This document shows positions 27,901-36,223 of a stretch of 64,000 nt of DNA, piece after piece; within the stretch, counting starts at the first letter, position 1; each line of letters opens with the position of its first letter. The stretch is from an uncultured Clostridia bacterium (GTDB taxonomy: Bacteria; Bacillota; Clostridia; Christensenellales; UBA1242). The position numbers and the translations under genes were made by a program. The notes beneath the pieces are model-generated. The model was given only the letters and a program-made list of their open reading frames with translations. It made no database searches and was not told the origin of the DNA. Location of the stretch: NCBI GenBank assembly GCA_947632645.1, contig CANRQB010000002.1, positions 16,489 to 80,488 of the forward strand, given 5' to 3'.

Positions 27901-29022
27901 GGTAGATATAGCTTTGAAGTTAATGTAACCTGGGATAGCGGTGTTGAAGGCCGTGATAAAATAACTATACCAACCTATATGTTTAATGTTACTGCCGAGC
28001 TGGATAATTCAGAAAATATAGTTTGGGATAATAACTTTAACTTGCCAGAGTATTTCTCTTACATCGAGGGGGACAACAAATTATTGCAACTTCCTCAATG
28101 GTCAGCCGAAGCACAAGAAGGGTATGTTTACAAAACCGCTTTATTGTACAAGGGGCCAAGCGATTCTGTTTGGAGCGAAGCTAAATTAAACGAAACCACT
28201 GGTAAATGGGAATTTGAACCAAAATCTATTGGTAGATACGAACTAAGTTACGAAACATACGCTATTCATGGCGGGGTGGAATATTATGGCCACAAAGAAA
28301 AAACCATAACTTACAGCGATAATGTAGAGCCAACATTTGTTGTTAACAATGGTGCGCTGGACGATAAGTTAACCTACAATGATAAGGATATAACCATCCA
28401 AGTTAAATTGGATAAATACAGCAAAGTTATGATTATAACCGCAAGCGAAGGCGACAAAAAACTTTACACTTGGACATCTTACAACGACGAAAACAAACAA
28501 AGCGATAACGCCAACTTTAAGATTGTAGAAAATACCAACGATCCAAATGGCGACCCACGTGAAAATTACAGTTGGGTTAGTGCAGAGTTAACTGTTGCTT
28601 TGCAGGATAGTTCGGGCAACAACATCGATTCAACTGACTCTACTGATGGTGACTATACCGTTAACGAATATACAATTTCGTCTACTGGCACATACAAATT
28701 TGTGTTTACTGCTAAGGACACTGCAAAAAATGTTGGCACATACGAAATTGAATTTAGCGTAACCACTAAGGCAGAGCCAACTCGCTTATCCGATTCTCAA
28801 ATTGGCATTATTCTAATTGTTGTATCTAGTGTTATATTAATTGGCGTAATCTTGTTCTTCTTGCTAACAGGTAAGGGCGGCAAAAAACAAAAACCAACCG
28901 CAATATCAAACGAAACCGAAAGCAAAAAACCAGCCAAAAAATCTAGCAGAAAATCTAGCAAAAAAGCAGAAAAAGTAGAAGAAGAACCAGTTAAAGATAG
29001 CAACGATAAAGATGCTGAATAA
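25000..29022 (+). CDS. Large surface protein: signal peptide, multiple Ig-like (DUF5011/HYR-like) modules, C-terminal TM anchor and Lys-rich cytoplasmic tail
   Basis: ATG at 25000 after AAGGAG. Signal peptide ...LTPLKIVPVNAAE. Recurrent G-x-Y-x-(I/V)-x-Y-x-A-x-D-x-x-GN-type strands (GTYVIVYTATDDAGNTTVVHYSFKV, GTYKFVFTAKDTAKNVGTYEIEFSV, and others). TM IGIILIVVSSVILIGVILFFLL. Tail KGGKKQKP...KKSSRKSSKK. Confidence 0.8.
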   Translation: MKSIQKNLKAFFVFIAFLLCSFMFVLTPLKIVPVNAAEIPSDQDPTQTEDTSKETHKTFTSIHMPKKVDFSKSETLKIPLLTEANYTIRVVDKGGFTHDYSIASGEGTGSETFFEMVKKSGDVNDYLTIRSKASNKYRIFYIVEKSSTLYFSDAYEVEVVGTTYGLETKQVTKQGEQYTETNLNNLFPTKEKVGATLTLPKMYGYSEVNDKRTYDKEATISVTYAGNPASAEMYDAKTGVVTFTEKGRYVITYTYENTNSAERYTSEHVINVEEDFVAPDASKNQIKLPDSITLPTNVKLGDSEVVLPNPALQYRLENLNSNDAQKNVLEIEIRNVNTGVSKKLTNNNFTFNFTPEEFEADDYLDLEGEYEITYKVQGYYGEVTATYDWGRFTKDSVKPTIQAVYNYEAFDENGVYIAEDKIKPALGEIKAEYDYTASGGLLFPAAYVNSPVDNYDDLLVVRYFQNTETAKRYYIDGIKIDSATNTYVAVNESDGFNYIYSTQADEDKTNVPIVPNDDASEKKYFEQLSKSAIFKFAKEDTLPNGIANQTFRLCYEVKVKSSHVQYSTNSGGYNRQNALYQEGTSNEYTFKIVSGSETSTDLAVNVIKNYSTTAYVGNTIRFNVNATDSKDMRLINAMYYSETPFTFLQDGDRQQKIDQLLNKAKADYTNDYKSQNGGYTQIGLGADNIVNYMEKALKEELKPPSIFGKLTAVEGSDTQFNLEIPSDAHGKKLYILAITINDNGKVEMNNSAVINVANTAEQTAPTVASAYFYNDATKKLYEGTENAVAGQGEKVYIPTVTFSDEDKYLYTSVAYYVIPEDTNGKVEDTTYQNQYRYPEEYNLSNTVSGYIKTDKVGTYVIVYTATDDAGNTTVVHYSFKVASTAQPNIVVDVTGDNCDVGGSKTDGYSVKVGNTINVNVHAYDGNDNNIELPHDDKLKIEVKPVNVQGKDIRNAGTDENSYTLNSAGRYSFEVNVTWDSGVEGRDKITIPTYMFNVTAELDNSENIVWDNNFNLPEYFSYIEGDNKLLQLPQWSAEAQEGYVYKTALLYKGPSDSVWSEAKLNETTGKWEFEPKSIGRYELSYETYAIHGGVEYYGHKEKTITYSDNVEPTFVVNNGALDDKLTYNDKDITIQVKLDKYSKVMIITASEGDKKLYTWTSYNDENKQSDNANFKIVENTNDPNGDPRENYSWVSAELTVALQDSSGNNIDSTDSTDGDYTVNEYTISSTGTYKFVFTAKDTAKNVGTYEIEFSVTTKAEPTRLSDSQIGIILIVVSSVILIGVILFFLLTGKGGKKQKPTAISNETESKKPAKKSSRKSSKKAEKVEEEPVKDSNDKDAE

Positions 29023-29029
29023 CAAAAAA

Positions 29030-29051
29030 GCCACATAACGTGGCTTTTTTT
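29030..29051 (+). terminator. Intrinsic terminator
   Basis: GCCAC-ataac-GTGGC followed by a T-run. Confidence 0.75.
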
Positions 29052-29086
29052 GCTATTTTCTTTGTTGTTTTTTATTTAAATAGTTT

Positions 29087-29327
29087 GTTACTTTTTGTAA
29101 GACAAAAAGTAACAAAAAACTAAATTAACTAATACGCAACAAACTAAATATAAATTTATTTTTTTTATACATATTTTTCTGTAACTCTTTTTATTAAAAA
29201 GAGTTGGTTTTTATTATTAAAATAATTGCGAATTTTTCTGTTATTTTTTCATTAAATATAGTTAAATTATTTTTATTTTTTATTTTTAAACTTGTTTTTC
29301 TGTTACTCTTTTTGCTAAAAATAGTAA
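29087..29327. repeat. Cluster of GTTACTTTT-family hairpins in a degenerate ~60-bp tandem triplication
   Basis: Hairpins at 29087-29113 (11-bp stem), 29183-29205 and 29303-29327. The TTTTTCTGT(A/T)A motif recurs at about 29176, 29234 and 29296. Confidence 0.75.
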
Positions 29328-29329
29328 AA

Positions 29330-31285
29330 CTATCTTAATTTGCGTTTTAATTTGGCAATTTCCTCACGCAGTTTAATGGCGGTTTCAAAATCCAACTGGC
29401 TGGCAGCGGTGTTCATCATGCCCTTTAACTGCTCAATTTGTTTTGCTATATCTTGTTTAGACATCGGCTTTTCGTCATTTTCCATGCGTATTTTTAAGGT
29501 ATCCACAATCTCTTTCTTAATTGTCTGCGGCTCAACCCCGTGCTGCTTGTTGTATGCCATTTGAAGTTCGCGCCTGCGGTTGGTTTCGTCTATGCACTTT
29601 TTCATGCTGTCGGTTATCATATCAGCATACATAATAACTCGGCTTTTGCTATTGCGGGCGGCACGGCCAACGGTTTGTATCAAACTGGTTGCACTGCGCA
29701 AAAACCCTTCTTTATCAGCATCCAAAATTGCCACAAGCATAACTTCAGGCAAATCTAGCCCTTCGCGAAGTAGGTTAATGCCCACCAGCACGTCAAACTC
29801 GTCCGCGCGCAGTTCGTTAAGTATCTTTACTCGCTCCAATGTGTCTATATCGCTGTGCAAATATTTAACGCGCACCCCTTGCTCTTCAAAATAACTGCAT
29901 AAATCCTCCGCCATTTTTTTGGTTAAAGTGGTAACAAGTATTTTGCCATGTTCGGCAGTAACCTTGTGTATTTCGTCCAGCAAATCGTCCACCTGACTTT
30001 CGCTTGGGCGGATAAAAATCTCTGGGTCTAGTAGGTAGGTAGGGCGGATAACCTGTTCTACCACCTGGCCAGCGAGTTTAAGTTCGTAGTCATTTGGCGT
30101 GGCAGAAACGTATATAGTTTGCCCTATGCGCGAATTAAACTCGTCAAAATTAAGCGGGCGGTTGTCAAACGCACTAGGCAACCTAAACCCATAATCCACC
30201 AAACTGGTTTTGCGCGCGCGGTCGCCATTATACATGCCGCGCAACTGCGGTAGCGTAATGTGGCTTTCGTCTACAAACAGCAAAAATCCGTGCGGAAAAT
30301 AATCCAGCAGTGTATATGGTGGCATGCCTGGTTCGCGCCCGTCAAAATAGCGCGAATAGTTTTCTATCCCCGAGCAATAGCCCATTTCTTGCATCATTTC
30401 TAGGTCATAATTGGTGCGCTCGCGTATGCGTTGCGCCTCTATCAACTTATCTTGCTTTTTAAAAAATTCTTCGCGTTCAACCGCATCTTGTCTTATCTGG
30501 TCAAGCGCGTGCTGCAACTTTTCGCTGCCCACCGCATAGTGGCTGGCAGGGTAGATGGCAATGTGTTTTAATTTATTAAGCACCTTGCCAGTAACCGGGT
30601 CAAATTCGCTAATATTTTCTATTTCATCATCAAAAAAACTAATCCTAACCGCAATTTCACTGCTGTCAGCCGGAAAAATATCTACCACATCACCGCGCGC
30701 GCGGAAGGTGGAGCGCTGAAAATCTATCTCGTTGCGGGTATATTGTATGGCAATAAGGCGATTTATAAGCTCGTCGCGCGAAAATTTGTCGCCAATGCGC
30801 ATAGAAATTTGCAAATTAAAATATTCGTCTGGCGCACCCAAACCATATATGCACGAAACAGATGCCACCACAATGGTATCGCTGCGCTCTAACAAACTGC
30901 TGGTGGCGCTGTGGCGAAGCTTGTCTATCTCGTCGTTAACACTCATGTCCTTTTCTATATAAGTGTCGCTAGAAACAATGTACGCTTCGGGCTGATAGTA
31001 GTCATAGTACGAAACAAAAAATTCCACCCGATTGTTAGGGAAAAACTCCCTAAACTCGTTGCACAACTGTGCGGCAAGCGTTTTGTTGTGGGCAAGCACA
31101 AGGGTGGGGCGGTTAACCTTGGCAATAACGTTTGCCATAGTAAAGGTTTTGCCACTGCCAGTAACTCCTTTTAACACCTGCGCGGATAAACCATCGTTTA
31201 TTCCTTCCACCAGTGCATCAATCGCTTCGGGCTGGTCGCCTGTTGGCTTATATTTAGATACAAGTTCAAAATTTCTATATTCCAT
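29330..31285 (-). CDS. uvrB: Excinuclease ABC subunit B
   Basis: 651 aa with Walker A GVTGSGKT, helicase motifs, and a C-terminal UVR domain ([15 protein letters not shown]). Confidence 0.97.
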   Translation of the reverse strand: MEYRNFELVSKYKPTGDQPEAIDALVEGINDGLSAQVLKGVTGSGKTFTMANVIAKVNRPTLVLAHNKTLAAQLCNEFREFFPNNRVEFFVSYYDYYQPEAYIVSSDTYIEKDMSVNDEIDKLRHSATSSLLERSDTIVVASVSCIYGLGAPDEYFNLQISMRIGDKFSRDELINRLIAIQYTRNEIDFQRSTFRARGDVVDIFPADSSEIAVRISFFDDEIENISEFDPVTGKVLNKLKHIAIYPASHYAVGSEKLQHALDQIRQDAVEREEFFKKQDKLIEAQRIRERTNYDLEMMQEMGYCSGIENYSRYFDGREPGMPPYTLLDYFPHGFLLFVDESHITLPQLRGMYNGDRARKTSLVDYGFRLPSAFDNRPLNFDEFNSRIGQTIYVSATPNDYELKLAGQVVEQVIRPTYLLDPEIFIRPSESQVDDLLDEIHKVTAEHGKILVTTLTKKMAEDLCSYFEEQGVRVKYLHSDIDTLERVKILNELRADEFDVLVGINLLREGLDLPEVMLVAILDADKEGFLRSATSLIQTVGRAARNSKSRVIMYADMITDSMKKCIDETNRRRELQMAYNKQHGVEPQTIKKEIVDTLKIRMENDEKPMSKQDIAKQIEQLKGMMNTAASQLDFETAIKLREEIAKLKRKLR

Positions 31286-31288
31286 AAT

Positions 31289-31645
31289 CTATAAAAATAA
31301 CCTTATTATGCAACCGATAATTGCACCCACTGCGGCAAACAGGCAGGTGCGCGCAAATAATAGCCAAAAGGTGCGTTTGCCATTTGATATTTCACGATGG
31401 AACCCTTCGCCCTTAATTTTAAGCGAAACACAATATACGGGTGCACCCTGTTTGTCTGACTTAACTAAATCGATATAGTTATCGTAGCTTAAATTGGTCA
31501 TAATTTTTTCCAGTTCGTCGTTATACAGCACATATTTGTCCGCCGCGTGGCTTATAATTTCGCGTGGAGAAATAAGGCAAGATTTTTTGCCTTGGCAGCG
31601 CTGATACACATATTCCATAACATATTTTTCTTTAAAAGTTAACAT
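31289..31645 (-). CDS. Membrane-anchored winged-helix protein (paralogue 2), operonic with uvrB
   Basis: N-terminal wHTH-like region (ISPREIISHA...LEKIMTNLSYDNYIDLV...VSLKIKGEGF) plus a C-terminal TM. Its stop is 3 nt before the uvrB start. Confidence 0.5.
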   Translation of the reverse strand: MLTFKEKYVMEYVYQRCQGKKSCLISPREIISHAADKYVLYNDELEKIMTNLSYDNYIDLVKSDKQGAPVYCVSLKIKGEGFHREISNGKRTFWLLFARTCLFAAVGAIIGCIIRLFL

Positions 31646-31652
31646 ATTTCAC

Positions 31653-31997
31653 CTAAAATATAAGCACAAACAATAAAAACGCCAAAAAGCTTCCAACAAA
31701 CGAGGCAAGCGCAACAAATAAATACATAAGTTTATTATTGCTAGGTTTTTCTTTTGCTAGTTCCTGTTTGGTTTGTTTTTTTATTATCGAATAGCAATAA
31801 GTGTCGTCCTCATTAAACTTAATGCTAATATACCCCATACGGGTAAGGGTATCCATGCATTGTTTAATTGTGGTGGCAGAGTAGCCCTTTAGGTGCACCT
31901 GCAACTCTTCCACCGTTATAACCTTATAGTTGTTATCCGTAGATAAACTTTTTAGTGTTTCAAAAACGGACATACACTTTTTGTCTAGCATATTCAC
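31653..31997 (-). CDS. Membrane-anchored winged-helix protein (paralogue 1)
   Basis: wHTH-like region (ITVEELQVHLKGYSATTIKQCMDTLTRMGYISIKF) plus C-terminal TM LMYLFVALASFVGSFLAFLLFVLIF. Confidence 0.5.
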   Translation of the reverse strand: MNMLDKKCMSVFETLKSLSTDNNYKVITVEELQVHLKGYSATTIKQCMDTLTRMGYISIKFNEDDTYCYSIIKKQTKQELAKEKPSNNKLMYLFVALASFVGSFLAFLLFVLIF

Positions 31998-32107
31998 TCC
32001 TATTATAGCATGTAATTATATTTTTTGCAATCTTTTAATTATTATTTTAAAAATATTCAAATATAAATTAAAAACCAATTTTTTATTTGTTTTTTGCCAA
32101 AATTCAG

Positions 32108-33889
32108 CTATTTTTTTGCAATTTTTGTTACATTTTTGTACATTTTTATATAATTTTTAAACGAATTAAACGCTTTTTCGTAAGGTGCATCTGTGGTTAA
32201 ATCTATATCAATTTCTTTTAAAATTTCAATTGGGTGCACCTTTGTTCCGTTCTTCAAAAAGTGAATATATTTTTTAACGTAGTTAGGATTGGCGTTTATA
32301 TTTTCCACAATATTAATTGCAGTTATAAGCCCAGTGGCATAGCAGTACACATAATACGCGTTGTAAAAGTGCGGTATGCGTGCCCATTCGTATTTAAAAT
32401 TTTTTGGCACAACCAAACTGTTGCCATAATATTTTTTGTTTAGTTCGTAGTATTTATCGCAAAGTTCAACATAGGTGATAGGGGTTTCGTTTTCAATTTG
32501 AGTGTGTGCCCAAAGTTCAAACTCGCTAAACAACACCTGCCTAAATATTGTGGAGCGCACCCGCTCTAGATATTGCTTTATAAAAAACTCTTTTTGATTT
32601 TCCGTGCAGTTATTCATCATGTAGTTATTAAGCAAAATTTCGTTTACCGTGCTAGCAATTTCGGCAGTAAAAATGTATATTCCGGCATTGGTGTGATTTT
32701 GCGCGCTGTTATAATATTCGCCATTTATGCAGTGCCCCATTTCGTGAGCTAGGGTGGAAATATCCTCAAAATTGCCAGTAAAATTCATCAGCACAACATT
32801 TTTTCCGCCAAAACAACTGCTGCTGTACGCGCCCGATGTTTTGTTTTTGTTTGGCAGATAGTCAATCGATTGGTCATTAAACTTTTTTTCTAAAAGCGCA
32901 ATATACTCGTCGCCAAGTGGGGCAAGAGCCGCCTTTACAAGGTCTTTCATGCTTTCGATTGTAACTTTTTTGCTAAACTTTTTGCCCTCGTGGAATAGGT
33001 CGTAGATGGAAAAATCTTTAAGCCCTTCCACTTTTGCACGCGTTTTAATGTACTCTTGCAAAAGAGGGATCTGCTTGTTTGTTTCACTTATAACCTTATC
33101 AAACACCGCGCGCGGAATAAATTCGCCATCCAGTGCCTCGTCCAGGCAGCTAGGGTAGTTGTGCATTTTGGCAAGAATTTTGTCCGTTTCTATGTCCTTT
33201 AAATACAAGCGCTCAAAGGTCTTAATAAAATTCCCATAACCGTTCATCATGCTATCAAAAGCATTTTTGCGCAAAACTCTATCCTCACTGTTCATAAAAG
33301 AGGCATAGTTGGAATTGTACACCTTATGTTTTTTGCCCTTGCTGTCCGCTGCTTCGTCAAACGGCATTTCGCTGTCGGTAAAAATGTCGTACACAGTGGT
33401 GTTGTCGCCAATAACCGAATCCAATTTGGTTAAAATCAAGTTGGTTTTTTCATCCACGCGGTGCGGCTTATAGTGGATAACGTTTTCTATAGTGGTGGTG
33501 TAGTTTTTAAATTTTGGGTTTTTAATAAGCCCTTGCAAATAATTTAACGGCAGTTTGTTAAGTTGTGGGGTGATGTAGGCCGCCGCCTCGCTATATTTGT
33601 TGTACGCGTTAAAAAATCGCGTGCGCAACTTTAAAAATTTGGTATTAGCGCAATCCACATTAATCATGTTGTGCATATAGTGGGCAAACTTTTCAATTAA
33701 AATTTCATCCTTTTCGTACTTATTAAGTAATTCGTAAAGCATTTTTTCGTCGCCCAGTTTTCCGCTGTAGGTTGGGATAATTTTGGTTAATTTTTCTATG
33801 GTTTTAAACACTTTTTCAATTTCTTGGTCGGTGTCAAACCCCTCAAATTTCCATTTGTATTGTTCAGGTACATTAACTCTATCTAACAT
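32108..33889 (-). CDS. pepF: Oligoendopeptidase F (M3B metallopeptidase)
   Basis: 593 aa with the HEMGH zinc motif (LAHEMGHCINGEY) and the PepF-type N-terminus. Confidence 0.9.
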   Translation of the reverse strand: MLDRVNVPEQYKWKFEGFDTDQEIEKVFKTIEKLTKIIPTYSGKLGDEKMLYELLNKYEKDEILIEKFAHYMHNMINVDCANTKFLKLRTRFFNAYNKYSEAAAYITPQLNKLPLNYLQGLIKNPKFKNYTTTIENVIHYKPHRVDEKTNLILTKLDSVIGDNTTVYDIFTDSEMPFDEAADSKGKKHKVYNSNYASFMNSEDRVLRKNAFDSMMNGYGNFIKTFERLYLKDIETDKILAKMHNYPSCLDEALDGEFIPRAVFDKVISETNKQIPLLQEYIKTRAKVEGLKDFSIYDLFHEGKKFSKKVTIESMKDLVKAALAPLGDEYIALLEKKFNDQSIDYLPNKNKTSGAYSSSCFGGKNVVLMNFTGNFEDISTLAHEMGHCINGEYYNSAQNHTNAGIYIFTAEIASTVNEILLNNYMMNNCTENQKEFFIKQYLERVRSTIFRQVLFSEFELWAHTQIENETPITYVELCDKYYELNKKYYGNSLVVPKNFKYEWARIPHFYNAYYVYCYATGLITAINIVENINANPNYVKKYIHFLKNGTKVHPIEILKEIDIDLTTDAPYEKAFNSFKNYIKMYKNVTKIAKK

Positions 33890-34058
33890 AAAATCTCCTT
33901 ATACATATTTTAAATTTTAACCAAAATTATGTCAAGTTAATATCAATATTTTTTAAAAATTTCGTGCTTAATAAAAACGGCGATTTTTATATTTTACTCA
34001 CATTTTTTGCTTGTTTCTATTAAGCACCATAAATTTGGTCGATTTTTGTCATAAATTA

Positions 34059-34087
34059 TTGACAAATTTGTTTTTTAGTGTTAGAAT
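34059..34087 (+). promoter_or_regulatory. Sigma-A-type promoter
   Basis: TTGACA (34059-34064), 17 bp, TGt-TAGAAT (-10 at 34082-34087). Confidence 0.6.
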
Positions 34088-34108
34088 ATAAAAAAATAAG
34101 GGGGAATT

Positions 34109-34513
34109 ATGCGTAAAGTTTTGTTAATTTTGTGCTTAGCGTTCTTTGTGTTGGGCTTTGGCTGGCCAACAATAATACTTCCATACACTAAATACTCATA
34201 CAAAACTGATGATATGGAAATGTCTTTCACCTTCCAAATTAATGGCAAAGTTAAGGTGGAATCCAAAATGGGTGATAGCAAAACCAAACAATCATATAAA
34301 TATAAAGTAAATTTTAAAGACAACGCAATAGAAATTATTGTTTCTAAAGAAGAAAAAATTTCACTTAAAATAGACTCTTTCTACAAACTATCCATGCTAA
34401 GTGCAGGTGATATGGAAATTTCACCAACCAACAAAGTTGCAGCAGGCGTATCCATAGGCATTGGCGCGGCTGCACTTCTGCTTATAGTGTTTGCCCCAAG
34501 CAAAAAATATTAA
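34109..34513 (+). CDS. Small exported protein with signal peptide and C-terminal TM anchor
   Basis: MRKVLLILCLAFFVLGFG signal. C-terminal AAGVSIGIGAAALLLIVFAPSKKY. Confidence 0.6.
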   Translation: MRKVLLILCLAFFVLGFGWPTIILPYTKYSYKTDDMEMSFTFQINGKVKVESKMGDSKTKQSYKYKVNFKDNAIEIIVSKEEKISLKIDSFYKLSMLSAGDMEISPTNKVAAGVSIGIGAAALLLIVFAPSKKY

Positions 34514-34551
34514 AATTGAATTTAAGCCCATTTAGCGGGCTTTTTTCACAT

Positions 34552-34587
34552 AAAAAAATCACCTGCATAATACAGGTGAAATTTTTT
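34552..34587. terminator. Bidirectional intrinsic terminator
   Basis: TCACCTG-cataata-CAGGTGA flanked by A-run and T-run, between convergent genes. Confidence 0.75.
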
Positions 34588-36085
34588 AATTTAATTTGGA
34601 AATTAAATTATCAAAACCCAGATAATATTCTATCTCTTGTTCTGTTAACTTAAACTTTTCTTTGAATAATTCAAAAAATTTCTTATGTATTTCATTACCA
34701 CAGTTGTCATGCATGAGTGCGTCGTATATTTTGTAAAAATCGCTAATTTTCATTCCTTTTACATCTCTAGCAAAACAATAAATATATTTCGCATCTCCAA
34801 TTGCAATTTCTGCTTCTAATAGTTTTACTTTGTCTTCAGGGGTTAAGCCTTCTACTTCTGTAGCAAATTTAAAAATATATTCCGCATCGCCAGTTGCAAT
34901 TTCTGCGTTTAATAGTTTTTCTTTGTCATAGGGGGTTAAGCCTTTTACATAGATAGCAAATTCGTAAATATATTTCACATCGCCAGTTGCAATTTCTGCG
35001 TCTAATAGTTTTTCTTTGTCATAGGGGGTTAAGCCATTTACACAGATAGCAAAATAATAAATATAAAACGCATCTTTAGTTGCAATAACTGCATCTAGTA
35101 ATTTTACTATGTCATCACGGATTAAGCCATTTGCATTGCAAGCAAATTCACAAATATATTTCACATCGTTATCTTTAATAACAATATCTAATAATCTTAC
35201 TTTGTATTTATGGCCTAAGCCTTCCACTCCAGCAAATGCACAAATATTTTCAACATTACCAGTTGCAATTTCTGCCTCTAATAGTTTTACTTTATCCTTA
35301 GGGGTTAAGCCTTCTACATATTTAGCAAATTCGTAAATATATTCCGCATTACCAGTTGCAATTTCTGCCTCTAATAGTTTTACTTTGTCTTCAGGGTTTA
35401 AGCCTTCTACTTTTGCAGCAAATAGATAAATACATACAGCATTGCCAGTTGCAATTACTGCATCTAATAATTTTAATTTGTCATCGGGGGTTAAGCCATT
35501 TGCATATTTAGCAAAATAATAAATATATCCTGCATCTTTAGTTGTAATAACTGCATCTAGTAATTTTACTATGCCATCGCGGGTTAAGTCATCTGTATCG
35601 CAAACAAATTTATAAAAATATCCCGCATTGCCAGTTGCAATTTCTGCATTTAATAGTTTTAATTTGTCATCGAGGGTTAAGCCTTCCACTATTCCAGCAA
35701 ATTGACTAATATTTTCAAGATTTTTAGTTTTAATTTCTGCATCAAATAGTTTTAATTTGTCCTCAGGGGTTAAGCCCTTTACAAATTTAGCAAATTTATA
35801 AATATATTCCGCATTGTTAGTTTTAATAACTGTGTCTAATACATCTAAAAGGTCATAACGGGGTAAATATTCTAAATATTCATCAAACTTGTAGCAATAT
35901 TTTATATTTTCTGATGAATATATATTTTTTGCCAAACCTAAAAATATAGCCTCTCTTGAATACTTTTTATTAGCAATTTCTTCAAGGGCACGATCGAATA
36001 TATCATTCCAACCTTGTTCTGATAAATGTTTCGCCAATTTTTTAATTATTAAATCGATTATCATTTTTTTTTGCATGTAATCCAT
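34586..36085 (-). CDS. Tandem-repeat protein: 12 consecutive 31-residue (one 30-residue) helical repeats
   Basis: ATG at 36085 sits 5 nt after GGAGG; the ORF-track TTG at 36097 is part of that RBS. Repeat consensus is roughly GLTPxDKxKLLxAEIATGxAxYIYxFAxxVxG, spanning DNA 34754-35866. Confidence 0.8.
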   Translation of the reverse strand: MDYMQKKMIIDLIIKKLAKHLSEQGWNDIFDRALEEIANKKYSREAIFLGLAKNIYSSENIKYCYKFDEYLEYLPRYDLLDVLDTVIKTNNAEYIYKFAKFVKGLTPEDKLKLFDAEIKTKNLENISQFAGIVEGLTLDDKLKLLNAEIATGNAGYFYKFVCDTDDLTRDGIVKLLDAVITTKDAGYIYYFAKYANGLTPDDKLKLLDAVIATGNAVCIYLFAAKVEGLNPEDKVKLLEAEIATGNAEYIYEFAKYVEGLTPKDKVKLLEAEIATGNVENICAFAGVEGLGHKYKVRLLDIVIKDNDVKYICEFACNANGLIRDDIVKLLDAVIATKDAFYIYYFAICVNGLTPYDKEKLLDAEIATGDVKYIYEFAIYVKGLTPYDKEKLLNAEIATGDAEYIFKFATEVEGLTPEDKVKLLEAEIAIGDAKYIYCFARDVKGMKISDFYKIYDALMHDNCGNEIHKKFFELFKEKFKLTEQEIEYYLGFDNLISKLN

Positions 36086-36170
36086 AATTTCCTCCAACTA
36101 ACACAATTTTATCATAAAAATTTTATTTGTCAATACCTTTTTAAAAATTAGTTTTATTTTTATATATCTC

Positions 36171-36199
36171 TTGAAATTTTTTATATTTAGTGGTATAAT
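36171..36199 (+). promoter_or_regulatory. Sigma-A-type promoter of uvrA
   Basis: TTGAAA (36171-36176), 17 bp, TGg-TATAAT (-10 at 36194-36199). Confidence 0.6.
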
Positions 36200-36223
36200 A
36201 ATAGTTGATACATTGGAGGAAGG

